A DNA stretch of 64,000 nt from Ignavibacteriota bacterium. GTDB lineage: Bacteria > Bacteroidota > Ignavibacteria > Tepidaquicellales > OLB5. The DNA is taken from positions 1,814 to 65,813 of the forward strand of contig RPQH01000010.1 of the NCBI GenBank assembly GCA_003820375.1. Direction: 5' to 3'. How positions within the stretch are numbered: the stretch's first letter is position 1; every line of letters begins with the position of its first letter. Both the position numbers and the translations under genes were made by a program. Of this stretch, positions 39,301-48,615 are shown one piece after another. A model generated the notes under the pieces. It worked only from the letters and a program-made list of their open reading frames with translations. It had not been told where the DNA came from and made no database searches.

Positions 39301-41427
39301 ATTCTTTGGTCACCTTCTGTTACAACAGATGAAAACGGATACGCAGTTGTAAATATAAAATATCCGGATAACCTGACTACATGGAGAATTACTTCTCGTG
39401 TGATAACTGAAGATACTAAGGTCGGACAAATGACAAACACAGTTATTACAAGAAAAGATTTATTGGTTAGAATGGAAACTCCAAGATTCTTCCAGCAGAA
39501 GGATGAAGTAACAATATCAACAATAATTCATAATTACCTGAGTGAAGATAAAACAACTAAGATTAGCTTAAAGGGTGAGAACATTGAGCTGATAGGAGAT
39601 AATGCTGAGAAGACTATCACAATGGCAAAGAATGAAGAGAAGAGAATTGACTGGAGAGTTAAAGTAACCAATCCTGATGGATTTGCGAAATTAACAGCAA
39701 CAGCATTAACCAACCAGGAATCGGATGCAGTTGAAATGAAAGTTCCTTTACAGCCGCATGGCTTAAAGCTTGACCAATATCTTGCAATGGATATATCCGA
39801 AGTAAACAGGACTGACATTAACGAAGTAAAGATTCCTGATTATACCGATATGCGCAGCACAAAGCTTGAGCTGAACGTTGCTCCATCGCTTGCATCAACG
39901 ATGCTGACAGCACTTGATGAACTGGTTGGCTATCCCTACGGATGTGTAGAGCAGACAATGAGCAGGTTCTTACCTACCATTGTTGTTGCAGATGCATTTC
40001 ATGAGCTTAATGCACCTATAAGTGATGCGACCAAGAAAGACCTGCCAAAGATGGTGGAGAGCGGATTTAACAGGTTGTATTCAATGCAGCATTATGACGG
40101 CGGATGGGGTTGGTGGACAAATGACCAGTCACATCCATTTATGACATCGTATGTGATTTACGGTTTAGCTCTAGCTCAAACTGCAGGATATAATGTGAGG
40201 AAAGATGTGCTGGGTAAAGGCGTAGCATCACTGAAAACACAATTGAGAAGCTCTGATATTGATGCCACAACCAGGGCATATATGATATATTCGCTCTCTT
40301 TTGTTGATACAAAAGATACAAAATTATTCCAGGACCAGTTTAAGATATTGAGCGATGAAAAGAAGCTGAACGATTATGCAATCGGATTGATATCTCTTAC
40401 TGCAAGTAACATAGGTGATAAAGAGACCGCAAACCATTACAATGACCTGCTTATATCACATGTAATATCCGGAGGTGAGGGGGCATCATATTGGGGCGGA
40501 GAAGCATGGCATTACGACTGGCAGGAAGATAAAGTACAGACAACTGCAATGGCTATTAAGGCATTAATTAGGTCTGAAAGAATTTCTGAAAATCCTGATA
40601 TATTGAATAAAGCAATAAGATGGCTAATGATGCAGAGGCACGGCGGCGGATGGTATAACACTCAGCAGACTGCATTTATTGTGTACACAATGGTTGATTA
40701 TCTTAAGACATCAAAAGAGCTGGAGCCTGATTATGATGTGAAAGTATGGGTAAACGGCGAGCAGGTTCTTGATAAAAAAATGACAAGGGAAGATGTATTC
40801 CTTAAAGAGCAGACAATTTCAATTGATGGTCTTAAGTTAAAGCCGGGTGTAAATGATGTAAAGATAGAGAAGAATGGTCCGGGAAAGGTATATGTTGCAA
40901 GCCACCTGATGTATTATACAAATGAGGAAGTAATCCATCCGCGTGAAAATGGATTCAGGGTTGAGAAGGAATATTTCAAGCTGGAAAAATACACTAAATA
41001 CAACGATGATAAGATAATATATAAGAAGAGATATTTTGACGGCAGTGTAAAATCTGGTGATGAGATTTTGGTAAAGGTTAAAGTAAGCACAAAAGAAAAC
41101 AACATGCAGTACTTTATGCTTGAGGACCCGATACCTGCAGGATGCGAAGTTGTAAAAGATGACTGGGCATATACAATAGATGAAGAAAAGGATTACAGCG
41201 GCTGGGATTATTATTACTGGAGATGGTGGTATGCCGATAAGGATATAAGAGATAACAGGGTAACATTCTTTGCAACGTATTTGTACGGTGATACATATGA
41301 GTTCTCGTATATACTGCATGCACAGATACCGGGTATATATAATGTAATTCCCGCAACAGGAATGCTGATGTATTATCCTGAAGTAAGAGGCAGCAGTGAG
41401 GAATTAAGATTGACGATTGAAGATTAG
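36355..41427 (+). CDS. Bacterial alpha-2-macroglobulin with intact thioester motif
   Basis: YTNQPVYRP, EEYKKPEY, ELRSDF, PDNLTTW, YPYGCVEQT, DGGWGWW, LEDPIPAG, MYYPE. Confidence 0.93.
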   Translation: MPKRIRTYAGFVFMMLLALLTNQEKASAQLNNDAFDINSSFSIYTNNYYSSTQDVSITINAYSIKKKAEFNFKIYKIKDVEGFFSRQTSTYSIDVLSKDSLNLLYMCEEVDEFNKTMKTEGYDDYYYSYETVTYKPKQKGAFLVRVSYKNKVAYAGYFVTDLGMITEAGSNALLSYTLDRISGDPLSDVNLSFYLGNKKIGDGKTVGGLFYKGLNEDDRDFAAKNNISYPLAIAKNGEDVAVSDPYLYFGYGANKYSVYIYTNQPVYRPQSIVNFKGTIRKSGAGEFNNFASQDVTVSIKDSKSAEVFKKVLRTNSNGSFDGEFNIEKDAPLGVYYIYATIEEGQAYTGNFKVEEYKKPEYKVGITVEKDQYTDGESIKGIIQADYYFGSPVQDAKVEYNVYKQTFYKPWWYFSEYRWWYEEYYASQDDNQRYNNADFIYSGSGELNKDGRFDFEYAIKEDFKAKYNYYYYWWDSERSYETDFVYIIQAKVTDKSRREISSTKTVYVTRAGFYLTSSTDKYLYKPGETVTVQVRSNDFADKPVAIGFSGTVNSITWGKYPDYKQEKHFITTFSGNTKADGLGSATFESKDEGYYEIEVSAFDDRGKKVTTESYCYVSTGDMWWWYNQSGTVQIIPEKESYKPGELCKALIITTTPGANVLITTQNDNILTYKVEKIDGTSKILEIPVESNSAPNFYISASYVKEGNFYSGNKSVMVIPEAKFLEVAINTDKPTYKPKEEGTVQIKVTDKFGNPVSNAEVSIGIVDESIYAIAPDNTKDVRQFFYAPKLSSVNPQYSNSYSFYGYSRMISIYERFNVKNLGESELGTIKGRITDKSGNAVQYATIVIDGDFVAGTTGENGEFEFKLPEGSYNVSVLQGKKTKDSEQELSVRKGQTITVNLKADADGYIMSDQEGAFEQPQMQRSLDYSSVMLDEISNQSGRTITESEEIVLDGKNHVKKESKGDDKDTPDFIDAELRSDFKDAILWSPSVTTDENGYAVVNIKYPDNLTTWRITSRVITEDTKVGQMTNTVITRKDLLVRMETPRFFQQKDEVTISTIIHNYLSEDKTTKISLKGENIELIGDNAEKTITMAKNEEKRIDWRVKVTNPDGFAKLTATALTNQESDAVEMKVPLQPHGLKLDQYLAMDISEVNRTDINEVKIPDYTDMRSTKLELNVAPSLASTMLTALDELVGYPYGCVEQTMSRFLPTIVVADAFHELNAPISDATKKDLPKMVESGFNRLYSMQHYDGGWGWWTNDQSHPFMTSYVIYGLALAQTAGYNVRKDVLGKGVASLKTQLRSSDIDATTRAYMIYSLSFVDTKDTKLFQDQFKILSDEKKLNDYAIGLISLTASNIGDKETANHYNDLLISHVISGGEGASYWGGEAWHYDWQEDKVQTTAMAIKALIRSERISENPDILNKAIRWLMMQRHGGGWYNTQQTAFIVYTMVDYLKTSKELEPDYDVKVWVNGEQVLDKKMTREDVFLKEQTISIDGLKLKPGVNDVKIEKNGPGKVYVASHLMYYTNEEVIHPRENGFRVEKEYFKLEKYTKYNDDKIIYKKRYFDGSVKSGDEILVKVKVSTKENNMQYFMLEDPIPAGCEVVKDDWAYTIDEEKDYSGWDYYYWRWWYADKDIRDNRVTFFATYLYGDTYEFSYILHAQIPGIYNVIPATGMLMYYPEVRGSSEELRLTIED

Positions 41428-41430
41428 TCC

Positions 41431-41483
41431 AATTGCGAATTGCGAATTGCGAATTAAACGAGCCTAAATGGGCTCGTTTTTTT
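41431..41483 (+). terminator. (AATTGCG)n heptamers followed by an intrinsic terminator
   Basis: aaacgagcctaaatgggctcgttttttt. Confidence 0.75.
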
Positions 41484-41550
41484 ATCTTATTCATTCAAAG
41501 GCATCTTTAATTTGCATTAATTAATTTTACAATTTTACAATTTTTCAATC

Positions 41551-41943
41551 TTACAATTTACTTATCACCAGTTCATCATTATCCAGCTTTTCCTTCTCTT
41601 TCTCAAAATATCTGAGTTCAAGAGTATATTTCTGTCCGTTAAACTCAAAATTTGCCGGTGCTATATCACCTGTGCCGCTTGACCAGCTTATGGTCTTTTC
41701 CACATCACCCTTTTTAATTTTAAAATCATAGAATGTAAAAGTAAATGAGTTGCCGTTAGGGAATTTAGATGTTTCCTTCCTTTCTCCAATATATGTGAGG
41801 TCAAAATCAGGAAATGCAATAGTTTTATTTAAATCATATCTAACCACCGAACTGTATTGTGATGCAGAGTTTGAATCATTACAGCCGTTTGCTAATAACA
41901 TAATACAATTTGAAATAGCAAATAAAAAAATTAATTTATTCAT
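41551..41943 (-). CDS. Small hypothetical lipoprotein
   Basis: Likely start MNKLIFLF at 41943, LANGC lipobox; WSSGTGDI motif. Confidence 0.7.
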   Translation of the reverse strand: MNKLIFLFAISNCIMLLANGCNDSNSASQYSSVVRYDLNKTIAFPDFDLTYIGERKETSKFPNGNSFTFTFYDFKIKKGDVEKTISWSSGTGDIAPANFEFNGQKYTLELRYFEKEKEKLDNDELVISKL

Positions 41944-42236
41944 ATATGTATTAATTATATTTTTAAAAAACATAATGCAATTACAAGAGGCAAATATAAT
42001 AAAAAATTTAAGAACAAAATAATTTGCATTATCACGGTTAATGCACTCCAAAATTTTAATGAAAAAAGCTGTTACATTTAGCAAAATTTTTCCTGTGTTT
42101 TATTGCCGGTATTCCGTTTTTTCAGACGATTAATCTGAAATAATTGATTATATTAATCTATGATAAAACAGTAATTTATTAGTTCATATATAAACTTTTA
42201 AAAATTATATAAGAATAACCACTAATCAGTAAAGTC

Positions 42237-45200
42237 ATGGGTACATTATTTTCCATTCTAAAAAAAGCATTGTCTTTTTTCCTGCTGTTGTTAATTATTT
42301 ATCCGGCTCTCTCCCAAAACGACGATAATAAAAAGCAGTATATTGAAAACTTTGAATTGCATTTAGAACATAAGATATATCTGCCGGGTGATGCAGTGAA
42401 GATACAGTTATTGTTTGACCGGACTCCTTTAAATCCCGATATCAAAATTAAGATTTACAGGATTACTGATATTGAAAAATTTTACACATCGCAGCAAGAC
42501 ATAGAACACTGGAGCATATTTAACAAAGACTCAATCAAACTGAGTCAATATTTAATTGAAATTGCAGATATAGATAAAATGTCTAATAGGTTGGGTAATT
42601 ATTCCGGCTATAAAACGGTTTATGAAGCGTATACGGATTATGTTCCAAATGAGAAAGGTGCATATTTTGTAAGAGCTTACTGCAATAAACAATGTGCAAA
42701 TACAGGTTTCTGGGTTTCAGAGATGAGCTTATTGACCAAATGTAATACCGGATTCGCAAATTGCTTTGTCATAAATAATAAAACAGGTGATATAATTGAT
42801 TCGGTTAATTTATTCCTGTTTGTGAATAAGAATAAGATTGGGCAATTTGAATGCTTAACCGGAATATGGAATTACTTTTACACCAATGAAGATAAAAAAT
42901 TATTCAGAAATGAATTTCTGAATAAACCAATACTTATTGCTCAAAAAGGAAATGATTTTATAGTATCAAGCCCTTCAGAATATTTTTATTCAAAAGCAGA
43001 TAAATTCTGCAATGCGTATATAACAACAAGCCAGCCTGTATATAAGCCAAATAATCTTTTAGAGTTTAAAGGTACGGTAAGAAATATCATAGATAACGGT
43101 TATAGTAATTTTCCGGACAGGGAGGTCTTCGTTGAAATAAAAGACAGCAAAAATACATCCGTATATCAAAAGATATTAAAGACCAACAGCAACGGAAGCT
43201 TTGCCGGTGAATATTTTATTGAATCGGAAGCACCATTGGGAAATTATACAATTGAGGCAACAATAGACGGAGCTAAGAATGCCGGCGAACAGGTTAACAA
43301 AGGTATCACATTTGAATCACAGTTTGAAGTAAAAGTATTTAAAAATCCGGAATATTATGTAAATGTAACAACAGATAAAGAGCAGTATTTTAATGGTGAT
43401 AAAATAAAAGGAAAGATATCTGCAAAATATTATTTTGGCAGTCCTGTTCAGGATGCAGAAGTGAAATATTATATTTTTAAAGAAGCGATATATAAACCAT
43501 GGTGGTATTATTCCAGGTACAGGTGGTTTTATGAAGATTTTTATTCATCAATTGTAAATAGTAATAATTATAATACAACAAAGATATTAAGCAAGAAAGG
43601 TAAGCTTGATAAAGAGGGCAATTTTGAATTTAGCCACAACATTAAAGAAGATTTCAAATATAAAAACAATTCATGGTATTCATCAGCTAAGGAAGCTGAT
43701 TATAAATACATTATAAAATGCATAATAACAGATAAAAGCCGCAGAGAGATTGAAGGTGATAAATCTGTTTCAGTAACGAGGGCAGGATTTGAGATTACTT
43801 CTTCATGTGATAAATATTATTATAAGGCATATGATATAGTATCACTGGAAATAACGGCAATGGATTTTTCTGAAAAACCTGTTAAATCGCCTTTCCAGGT
43901 TACGGTAACAAGATATGAACAACAGAAAGAATACAGAGATCTGGAATATTTTGTAACAACACTGTCAGGTTATACTGACCCTGTAACAGGCAAGGGTTCG
44001 GTTTTCTTTACACCGAAAGAAGATGGCAAATACAGATTTGATGTTATTGCATATGATAATAACAATAAACATATTACAAATTCAGTTAGTACCTATGTTT
44101 TATCAAAATCATATTGGTGTATAAGCAATGAATCATCTGCGATAGAAGTTTATCCCGATAAACTTACCTACAATACCGGTGATACATGCAGGCTGTTAAT
44201 TATATCTTTCGTACCGGATGTAACCCTTCTTATTTCTGCTTACAATGATAATTTTATTAACAACAAAGCCGTAAAGATAAATGGAAATTCTGAATATGTG
44301 AATATCCCCGTTAATGAGGCATTAAGCCCTAATTTCTCGGTAAATGCTGCATACATCAATGATAATAATTTACATGATAAAAATATTCAATTAATTGCAA
44401 TTCCCGAAAAGAAAATACTTGATGTACAGGTAACATCAGATAAACCTGTTTACAAACCAAAGGAAGAAGGGTTGATTAAAGTAAAGGTTACTGATTACTA
44501 CGGCAATCCAGTAAGCAATGCCGAAGTGTGTATAGGCATGATAGACGAAAGTATTTATGCAATTGCTCCCGAGAATAATAAAGAAATTAAAAAGAATTTT
44601 TACAAAGCCGGGAAAAATGAGATTAAACCGCGTTACTTTGGCCGGTCGATAAGCTATATTTCTTCATTTTCCGATTTTATTTTTTTAAATGAGCTTTATG
44701 ATAAAAAAGCTTACAATGAAACAGAGATGGGAGTAATAAAAGGTAACGTAACTGATGAAGATGGAAAAGGAATGCGAGGCATTTGTATTGCCGTAAATAA
44801 TATGTACGTAGCCGGTATAACAAATTATGATGGATATTATGAATTCAGGATACCTGACGGAGACTATAATTTAAATTTGTTTAAGACTCAAAATATTATC
44901 AGCGGTAGTATAAAAATAATGTCTCTAAAAGGTATAACCTCACGTTATGATATTATTACAGATGGTAAATATATAATAAACAGCGAGGAAGCCCGTATAA
45001 AAGCACAACAGAAAAGAATTGAAGATTCACTAAAAGTATTACAAAATATAAAGAACGGAAATTTTACAGGCAGTATTAACGGATTTGTATTTGATGATAA
45101 AGATAAAACACCGCTTGCAGGGGCAATTGTTAAACTGGAAGGAATACAGAAAGGCGCTGAAACTGATGATAACGGAGAGTTCACAATACTGAATGTAGAT

Positions 45201-47633
45201 GCGGGTACATATAATGTTGTAGCCTCTTATGTGGGTTATTCTTCTGTAAAAATATTAGCTGTTAAAGTTTCTCCCGGTAAAATATCATCTGTGGATTTTG
45301 AACTTCCTCAGGCAGGTTATACCCTCGATACTGTAATGATATCAATTGTTGGTAAAAGAAGGTCAATTGAGCTTGAAGTATTAACCGGTGATTTTGGTGC
45401 TGAATATGGAAATGCATTGAGCGGTATTATAAATGTTACCAAAAAAGAACAATATGTTGAACCTGAGCTCAGAACAGATTTCAGGGATGCTATGTACTGG
45501 AACCCGGCTGTTTATACTAATGAAAACGGCATAGCCGAGGTGAAAGTGAAATTTCCCGATAACTTATCTACATGGAGAGTTACTGCAAGGGTAATTACAA
45601 ATGATACGAAGGTTGGGCAAATTACAAATAGTGTTATCTCACGAAAAGATCTTATTATAAGAATGGAAACACCTATGTTCTTTCAGAAGGATGATGAAGT
45701 TACAGTATCAACGATAGTACATAATTATCTGGAAGAAAATAAGAATACAAAGGTAAGCTTAAACCTGGAAAACTTAAAGTTAAGCGGAAACACCAATTCA
45801 GAAAAAGAAATACTGCTTGAAAAAAATTCAGAACAGCGTATTGATTGGAAGGTTAAAGTAACAGACGCGGCAGGATTGGCAACTCTTACAGCAAAAGCCC
45901 TGACCAATGAAGAATCCGATGCTGTTCAGTATTCAATTCCGTTACAGCCGCGGGGAATAAAAATATCAGATTGTAAAACAGTTACTATTAATAAAGAAAA
46001 TAATAATGAAAGTATTGAGTTTGAATTATCTGAAGATATTGACCGGAGTACTGCGGGTTTAAAAGTAGATATATCACCTTCAGTAATATCAAGCTTAAAA
46101 GAGGCATTGCCGGGTTTAATAGATTATCCGTACGGATGCATGGAGCAAACACTCAGCCGTTTTGTACCTGCTGTTTTAGTAGCAAACATTTATAAAAATT
46201 CAGGTGCTTCGTTTGATGAATATTTAAATAAGAAGATTGAGAAGGTAGTTAATGTTGGTTTTAGTAAGACATATTCATTACAGCATGATGATGGCGGATG
46301 GGGATGGTGGTCAAATGATAAATCAAGTTATTTTATGACAGCTTACGCATTGTATTGTCTTTCACTTGCCGGCTCAAGCGGATATGAGGTTGACAGCGTT
46401 AAATATAAAGCCGGTGTGAAATATTTAAAGAGAAAATTACAGGAGAAAGAATTTGAACCGGAAGTTAGAGCTTTTTCACTTTATGCATTATCGTTTTCAT
46501 TAAAAAATGATTATAAGTTCTTTGAAGAGCAGGCAGATATACTTTCACGAACAAGACTGAGTAGTTTCTCTTTGGCATTGCTTGCATTAACATCAGCTCA
46601 ATACGGTGATAAGGAAAAACAAAGTCAATTTATTGAGGCTCTTGTTAAGAATGTAAAGCATGACGAACATGGTTATTATTGGAATGGTGAAAAGCCATAC
46701 AAATGGACAGGTGATGCAATACAAATAACATCGTTTGGATTGAAAGCATTAATTTCGGACAGCGTTTCTTTTGAAGAAAACCGTGAGCTTGCCGGTAATG
46801 TGGTTCAATGGTTAATGAAAAATAACCGTGGTAATTCATGGGGCAGTACGCAGCAGACTGCATTTGCCGTTTATGCGCTTTCAGATTATGCGGCAGTAAA
46901 TAAAGAAATCAGGCCGCAATATACTATTAACATATATTTAAACAATGTTCAGATGGCAGAAAGGGTTGTGAATACTGGCAATATTTTCGCTGAACTGGAA
47001 AGTATAAACATACCCGGCACAGTGATAAAAAAAGGACAAAACATTCTAAAAGCCGTGAAAACAGGAAACGGAAATGCATATTTGAATGCCTCATTGAATT
47101 ATTACTCAAATGAGGAACACCTGCAATCAGGGAATAACGGCTTCAAAGTAACAAAAGAATATTTTAAGCTTGAAGAATATCAAAAGGAGAAAGACAAATC
47201 ATTCGTTTACAGAAAAATACCATTTACGGGAGAAGTTACTTCAGGTGATGTAATTTTTGTTAAAATTAAAGTAAAAAGTAAATCAGATGATTTAAATTAT
47301 TTTATGCTTGAAGACCCGCTCCCTGCAGGTTGTGTAAATATTGAAGAAGAATGGATGTATAATATTGATGGTGAAAAACAGGGAAGAAAATATGATTTTG
47401 ATTATTGGTATGATGACGATTGGGTTTGGTGGTACTCACAAAAGGAAGTAAGGGCAAATAAGATATGCTTCTTTTCAACAGATATTGACCGGGATGAATT
47501 TGAGTTTACATATTTATTGCGGGCTCAAATACCCGGTGTTTATAATGTAACACCAACAATAGGCAGCCTGATGTATTATCCGGAAGTTAACGGAACAGGC
47601 AAGGAAATTAAAATTGAAATAAAGGATAAATAA
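42237..47633 (+). CDS. Second alpha-2-macroglobulin with intact thioester motif and expanded bait region
   Basis: YYFGSPVQDA, ELRTDF, PDNLSTW, YPYGCMEQT, LEDPLPAG, MYYPE. Confidence 0.93.
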   Translation: MGTLFSILKKALSFFLLLLIIYPALSQNDDNKKQYIENFELHLEHKIYLPGDAVKIQLLFDRTPLNPDIKIKIYRITDIEKFYTSQQDIEHWSIFNKDSIKLSQYLIEIADIDKMSNRLGNYSGYKTVYEAYTDYVPNEKGAYFVRAYCNKQCANTGFWVSEMSLLTKCNTGFANCFVINNKTGDIIDSVNLFLFVNKNKIGQFECLTGIWNYFYTNEDKKLFRNEFLNKPILIAQKGNDFIVSSPSEYFYSKADKFCNAYITTSQPVYKPNNLLEFKGTVRNIIDNGYSNFPDREVFVEIKDSKNTSVYQKILKTNSNGSFAGEYFIESEAPLGNYTIEATIDGAKNAGEQVNKGITFESQFEVKVFKNPEYYVNVTTDKEQYFNGDKIKGKISAKYYFGSPVQDAEVKYYIFKEAIYKPWWYYSRYRWFYEDFYSSIVNSNNYNTTKILSKKGKLDKEGNFEFSHNIKEDFKYKNNSWYSSAKEADYKYIIKCIITDKSRREIEGDKSVSVTRAGFEITSSCDKYYYKAYDIVSLEITAMDFSEKPVKSPFQVTVTRYEQQKEYRDLEYFVTTLSGYTDPVTGKGSVFFTPKEDGKYRFDVIAYDNNNKHITNSVSTYVLSKSYWCISNESSAIEVYPDKLTYNTGDTCRLLIISFVPDVTLLISAYNDNFINNKAVKINGNSEYVNIPVNEALSPNFSVNAAYINDNNLHDKNIQLIAIPEKKILDVQVTSDKPVYKPKEEGLIKVKVTDYYGNPVSNAEVCIGMIDESIYAIAPENNKEIKKNFYKAGKNEIKPRYFGRSISYISSFSDFIFLNELYDKKAYNETEMGVIKGNVTDEDGKGMRGICIAVNNMYVAGITNYDGYYEFRIPDGDYNLNLFKTQNIISGSIKIMSLKGITSRYDIITDGKYIINSEEARIKAQQKRIEDSLKVLQNIKNGNFTGSINGFVFDDKDKTPLAGAIVKLEGIQKGAETDDNGEFTILNVDAGTYNVVASYVGYSSVKILAVKVSPGKISSVDFELPQAGYTLDTVMISIVGKRRSIELEVLTGDFGAEYGNALSGIINVTKKEQYVEPELRTDFRDAMYWNPAVYTNENGIAEVKVKFPDNLSTWRVTARVITNDTKVGQITNSVISRKDLIIRMETPMFFQKDDEVTVSTIVHNYLEENKNTKVSLNLENLKLSGNTNSEKEILLEKNSEQRIDWKVKVTDAAGLATLTAKALTNEESDAVQYSIPLQPRGIKISDCKTVTINKENNNESIEFELSEDIDRSTAGLKVDISPSVISSLKEALPGLIDYPYGCMEQTLSRFVPAVLVANIYKNSGASFDEYLNKKIEKVVNVGFSKTYSLQHDDGGWGWWSNDKSSYFMTAYALYCLSLAGSSGYEVDSVKYKAGVKYLKRKLQEKEFEPEVRAFSLYALSFSLKNDYKFFEEQADILSRTRLSSFSLALLALTSAQYGDKEKQSQFIEALVKNVKHDEHGYYWNGEKPYKWTGDAIQITSFGLKALISDSVSFEENRELAGNVVQWLMKNNRGNSWGSTQQTAFAVYALSDYAAVNKEIRPQYTINIYLNNVQMAERVVNTGNIFAELESINIPGTVIKKGQNILKAVKTGNGNAYLNASLNYYSNEEHLQSGNNGFKVTKEYFKLEEYQKEKDKSFVYRKIPFTGEVTSGDVIFVKIKVKSKSDDLNYFMLEDPLPAGCVNIEEEWMYNIDGEKQGRKYDFDYWYDDDWVWWYSQKEVRANKICFFSTDIDRDEFEFTYLLRAQIPGVYNVTPTIGSLMYYPEVNGTGKEIKIEIKDK

Positions 47634-47675
47634 AGAAATAACAGGATTTACTGTTATTTAAAAAATAAAATAACA

Positions 47676-47755
47676 CCCGGCATCATAAAATGATGAAGTG
47701 CCGGGATTAGAACTTCTTATTGAGAATAATTAAGAATTATTCTCAATAAGAAGTT
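47676..47755. terminator. Two adjacent hairpins, the second a perfect 21-bp palindrome
   Basis: cccggca...tgccggg; aacttcttattgagaataatt-aag-aattattctcaataagaagtt between convergent genes. Confidence 0.7.
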
Positions 47756-47779
47756 GGGCTAGAATAAGGAAGAAGTAAT

Positions 47780-48106
47780 TCACCCACCGGCAAGTTGTGT
47801 GATACAATTTGCAGCAATATATTCCTTCAGATAAGGATTATCCATTATTCCGCTTTCAATCATAACGATAATATCAGATCCACTGCCTGTGTTTGGATTT
47901 ATATAATAGTATTCACCATAGTTATATGCAGTATTATTTGTCTTATTTAACACATCAAATACTTTAGTAAGAAAACTGCATGCAGCGATGGCTAAGCTAT
48001 TTGTATCTTCTCCCGTGAATGTAACAGATGACTGGATTGAAGGGCTATTAAGGCCATTTGCAAGTAAAACATTGCTTAAAAAATTTTCCAGAACGAATTC
48101 GTACAT
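47780..48106 (-). CDS. Hypothetical 108-aa protein ending in Gly-Gly
   Basis: RBS aaggag 9 nt before ATG; no recognised family. Confidence 0.65.
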   Translation of the reverse strand: MYEFVLENFLSNVLLANGLNSPSIQSSVTFTGEDTNSLAIAACSFLTKVFDVLNKTNNTAYNYGEYYYINPNTGSGSDIIVMIESGIMDNPYLKEYIAANCITQLAGG

Positions 48107-48165
48107 TTTTTTTACTCCTTTATAATTAAATTATTTAGAATTAATTTTCGAATAATTACAGTATA

Positions 48166-48426
48166 TTAATTAGAGTTTTGAAGCATTAATTCAATAAACT
48201 TGCACAATTGTATTTCCAGCGTTCTTCTTTTTTTTACAGGAACTTTGTCAAGAAAGCCGTGAACCTTTATCAGGTGTTCTTCAGGAGAATATTCAGGCTT
48301 ATTTTCATTCTGTCCGGGGTCGGATTTACAGGGACCGGGTTTTATTGAAGTATCTACAAAATATTTTTTAAAAACCTTATTTTTATCAATATTATCGAAA
48401 AAATATTTACATGAGAAATCTTTCAC
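48166..48426 (-). CDS. Hypothetical small protein
   Basis: 86-aa ORF with GTG start, divergent from 48616. Confidence 0.45.
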   Translation of the reverse strand: MKDFSCKYFFDNIDKNKVFKKYFVDTSIKPGPCKSDPGQNENKPEYSPEEHLIKVHGFLDKVPVKKRRTLEIQLCKFIELMLQNSN

Positions 48427-48615
48427 TTTTATTATCCCATTTTTTTGAATTTTGATAATACTCCAAAATAATACATCAAATGGCTTTCAGTAAAAGAAAT
48501 AATATTGCCAATTACATAAAAAACATAATATTAATGTGTTATATTATAATATAAAAAGCCGTTTTAAACGGTAATTTTAGCATATTCCCGAATTTCTTAA
48601 TACATAAATTTTATA

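Noticed and set aside
42053-42076. Third TGTAAC ECF promoter on the minus strand
   Set aside because: Lacks CTTT and the ATC.AAT element at the required spacing
41944-42084. N-terminal extension of the lipoprotein and the overlapping + ORF 41750..42022
   Set aside because: Signal peptide starts at 41943; the rest is AT-rich intergenic or antisense sequence
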